In this document: positions 63,520 through 64,000 of the stretch, one piece after another | Layout of the letters: each line of letters starts with the position of its first letter | Position numbering within the stretch: the stretch's first letter is position 1 | Source of the DNA: Lytechinus pictus | Taxonomy: Eukaryota | DNA: 64,000 nt | Reading direction: 5' to 3' | Assembly: GCF_037042905.1 (NCBI RefSeq) | Contig: NC_087245.1 | Span: 35,404,001-35,468,000 of the forward strand | Notes under the pieces: model-generated | The model's input: the letters and a program-made list of their open reading frames with translations, nothing else | What the model was told of the DNA's origin: nothing | Database searches by the model: none | Translations under genes and position numbers: made by a program

Positions 63520-63880
63520 TACTAATAATAATAATGATGATAATGATAATAATAATAATGATAATAATAATAATAATGATGATAATGATAATAATAATAA
63601 TAATGATGATAATGATAACAATAATAACAATAATAATAATAATAATAATAATATTAATAATAATAATATTAATAATTATGATAATAATAATAATAATAAT
63701 AATGATGATAGGCATTTATATAGCGCCGTCTATCTAGAATATTATATTACGAGGCGCGTTGTTGTTATCATTATTACCCCCAGCTTTAGCTCGAGCTGCC
63801 TTTTAGCGCCTATATGCGTTCAAGGAAATAATCCCGCCAGGTACCCATTCACCTCACCTGGGTTGAGTGCAGCACAATGT
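63520..63880 (-). mobile_element. 3' part of a tRNA-SINE with an expanded (TAT/CAT)n tail
   Basis: GCCAGGTACCCATTCACCTCACCTGGGTTGAGTGCAGCACAATGT is identical to 24353-24397; long ATA/ATG repeat at 63520-63710. Confidence 0.8.
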
Positions 63881-64000
63881 AAAGTTTATGTTCAGTTCAG
63901 TTCGAACGTTTTTATTGCTCATGTATCAAATGAACAGTTAAAATATTATACACAGAGTGGTGCATAAATATTAAAGTAAATTGGCAATAAACCTTAGATA

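Overview
Eukaryotic, AT-rich, repeat-dense genomic DNA from an animal. The repeat style suggests an echinoderm such as a sea urchin, but that is inference only. Three spliced protein-coding genes can be rebuilt by hand with GT-AG introns and consistent phases. (1) NDUFV1, the complex I 51 kDa flavoprotein: + strand, 13 coding exons from 8650 to 22447, 1416 nt, 471 aa. (2) A CCDC127 orthologue: - strand, coding exons 32181-32055 and 29064-28574, 205 aa, probably with a non-coding first exon near 36.7-37.1 kb. (3) A BAG3-like co-chaperone with WW, IPV-like and BAG domains: + strand, exons 40608-40850 and 49253-50512, 500 aa. The rest is non-autonomous DNA transposons (TTAA-flanked Kolobok-like and piggyBac-like, Harbinger-like, Helentron/DINE-1-like HINEs, TAG..CTA elements), tRNA-derived SINEs, LINE tails and microsatellites. 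I see no novel multi-gene system. The most notable unexplained signals are a very strong TACATGTA excess (possible transposon excision footprints) in the BAG3 intron, two stacks of nested transposons, elements with unusual 9-bp and 7-bp TSDs, a duplicated splice donor in NDUFV1, a heat-shock element before BAG3, a uORF in the CCDC127 leader and a likely divergent transcript at the NDUFV1 promoter.
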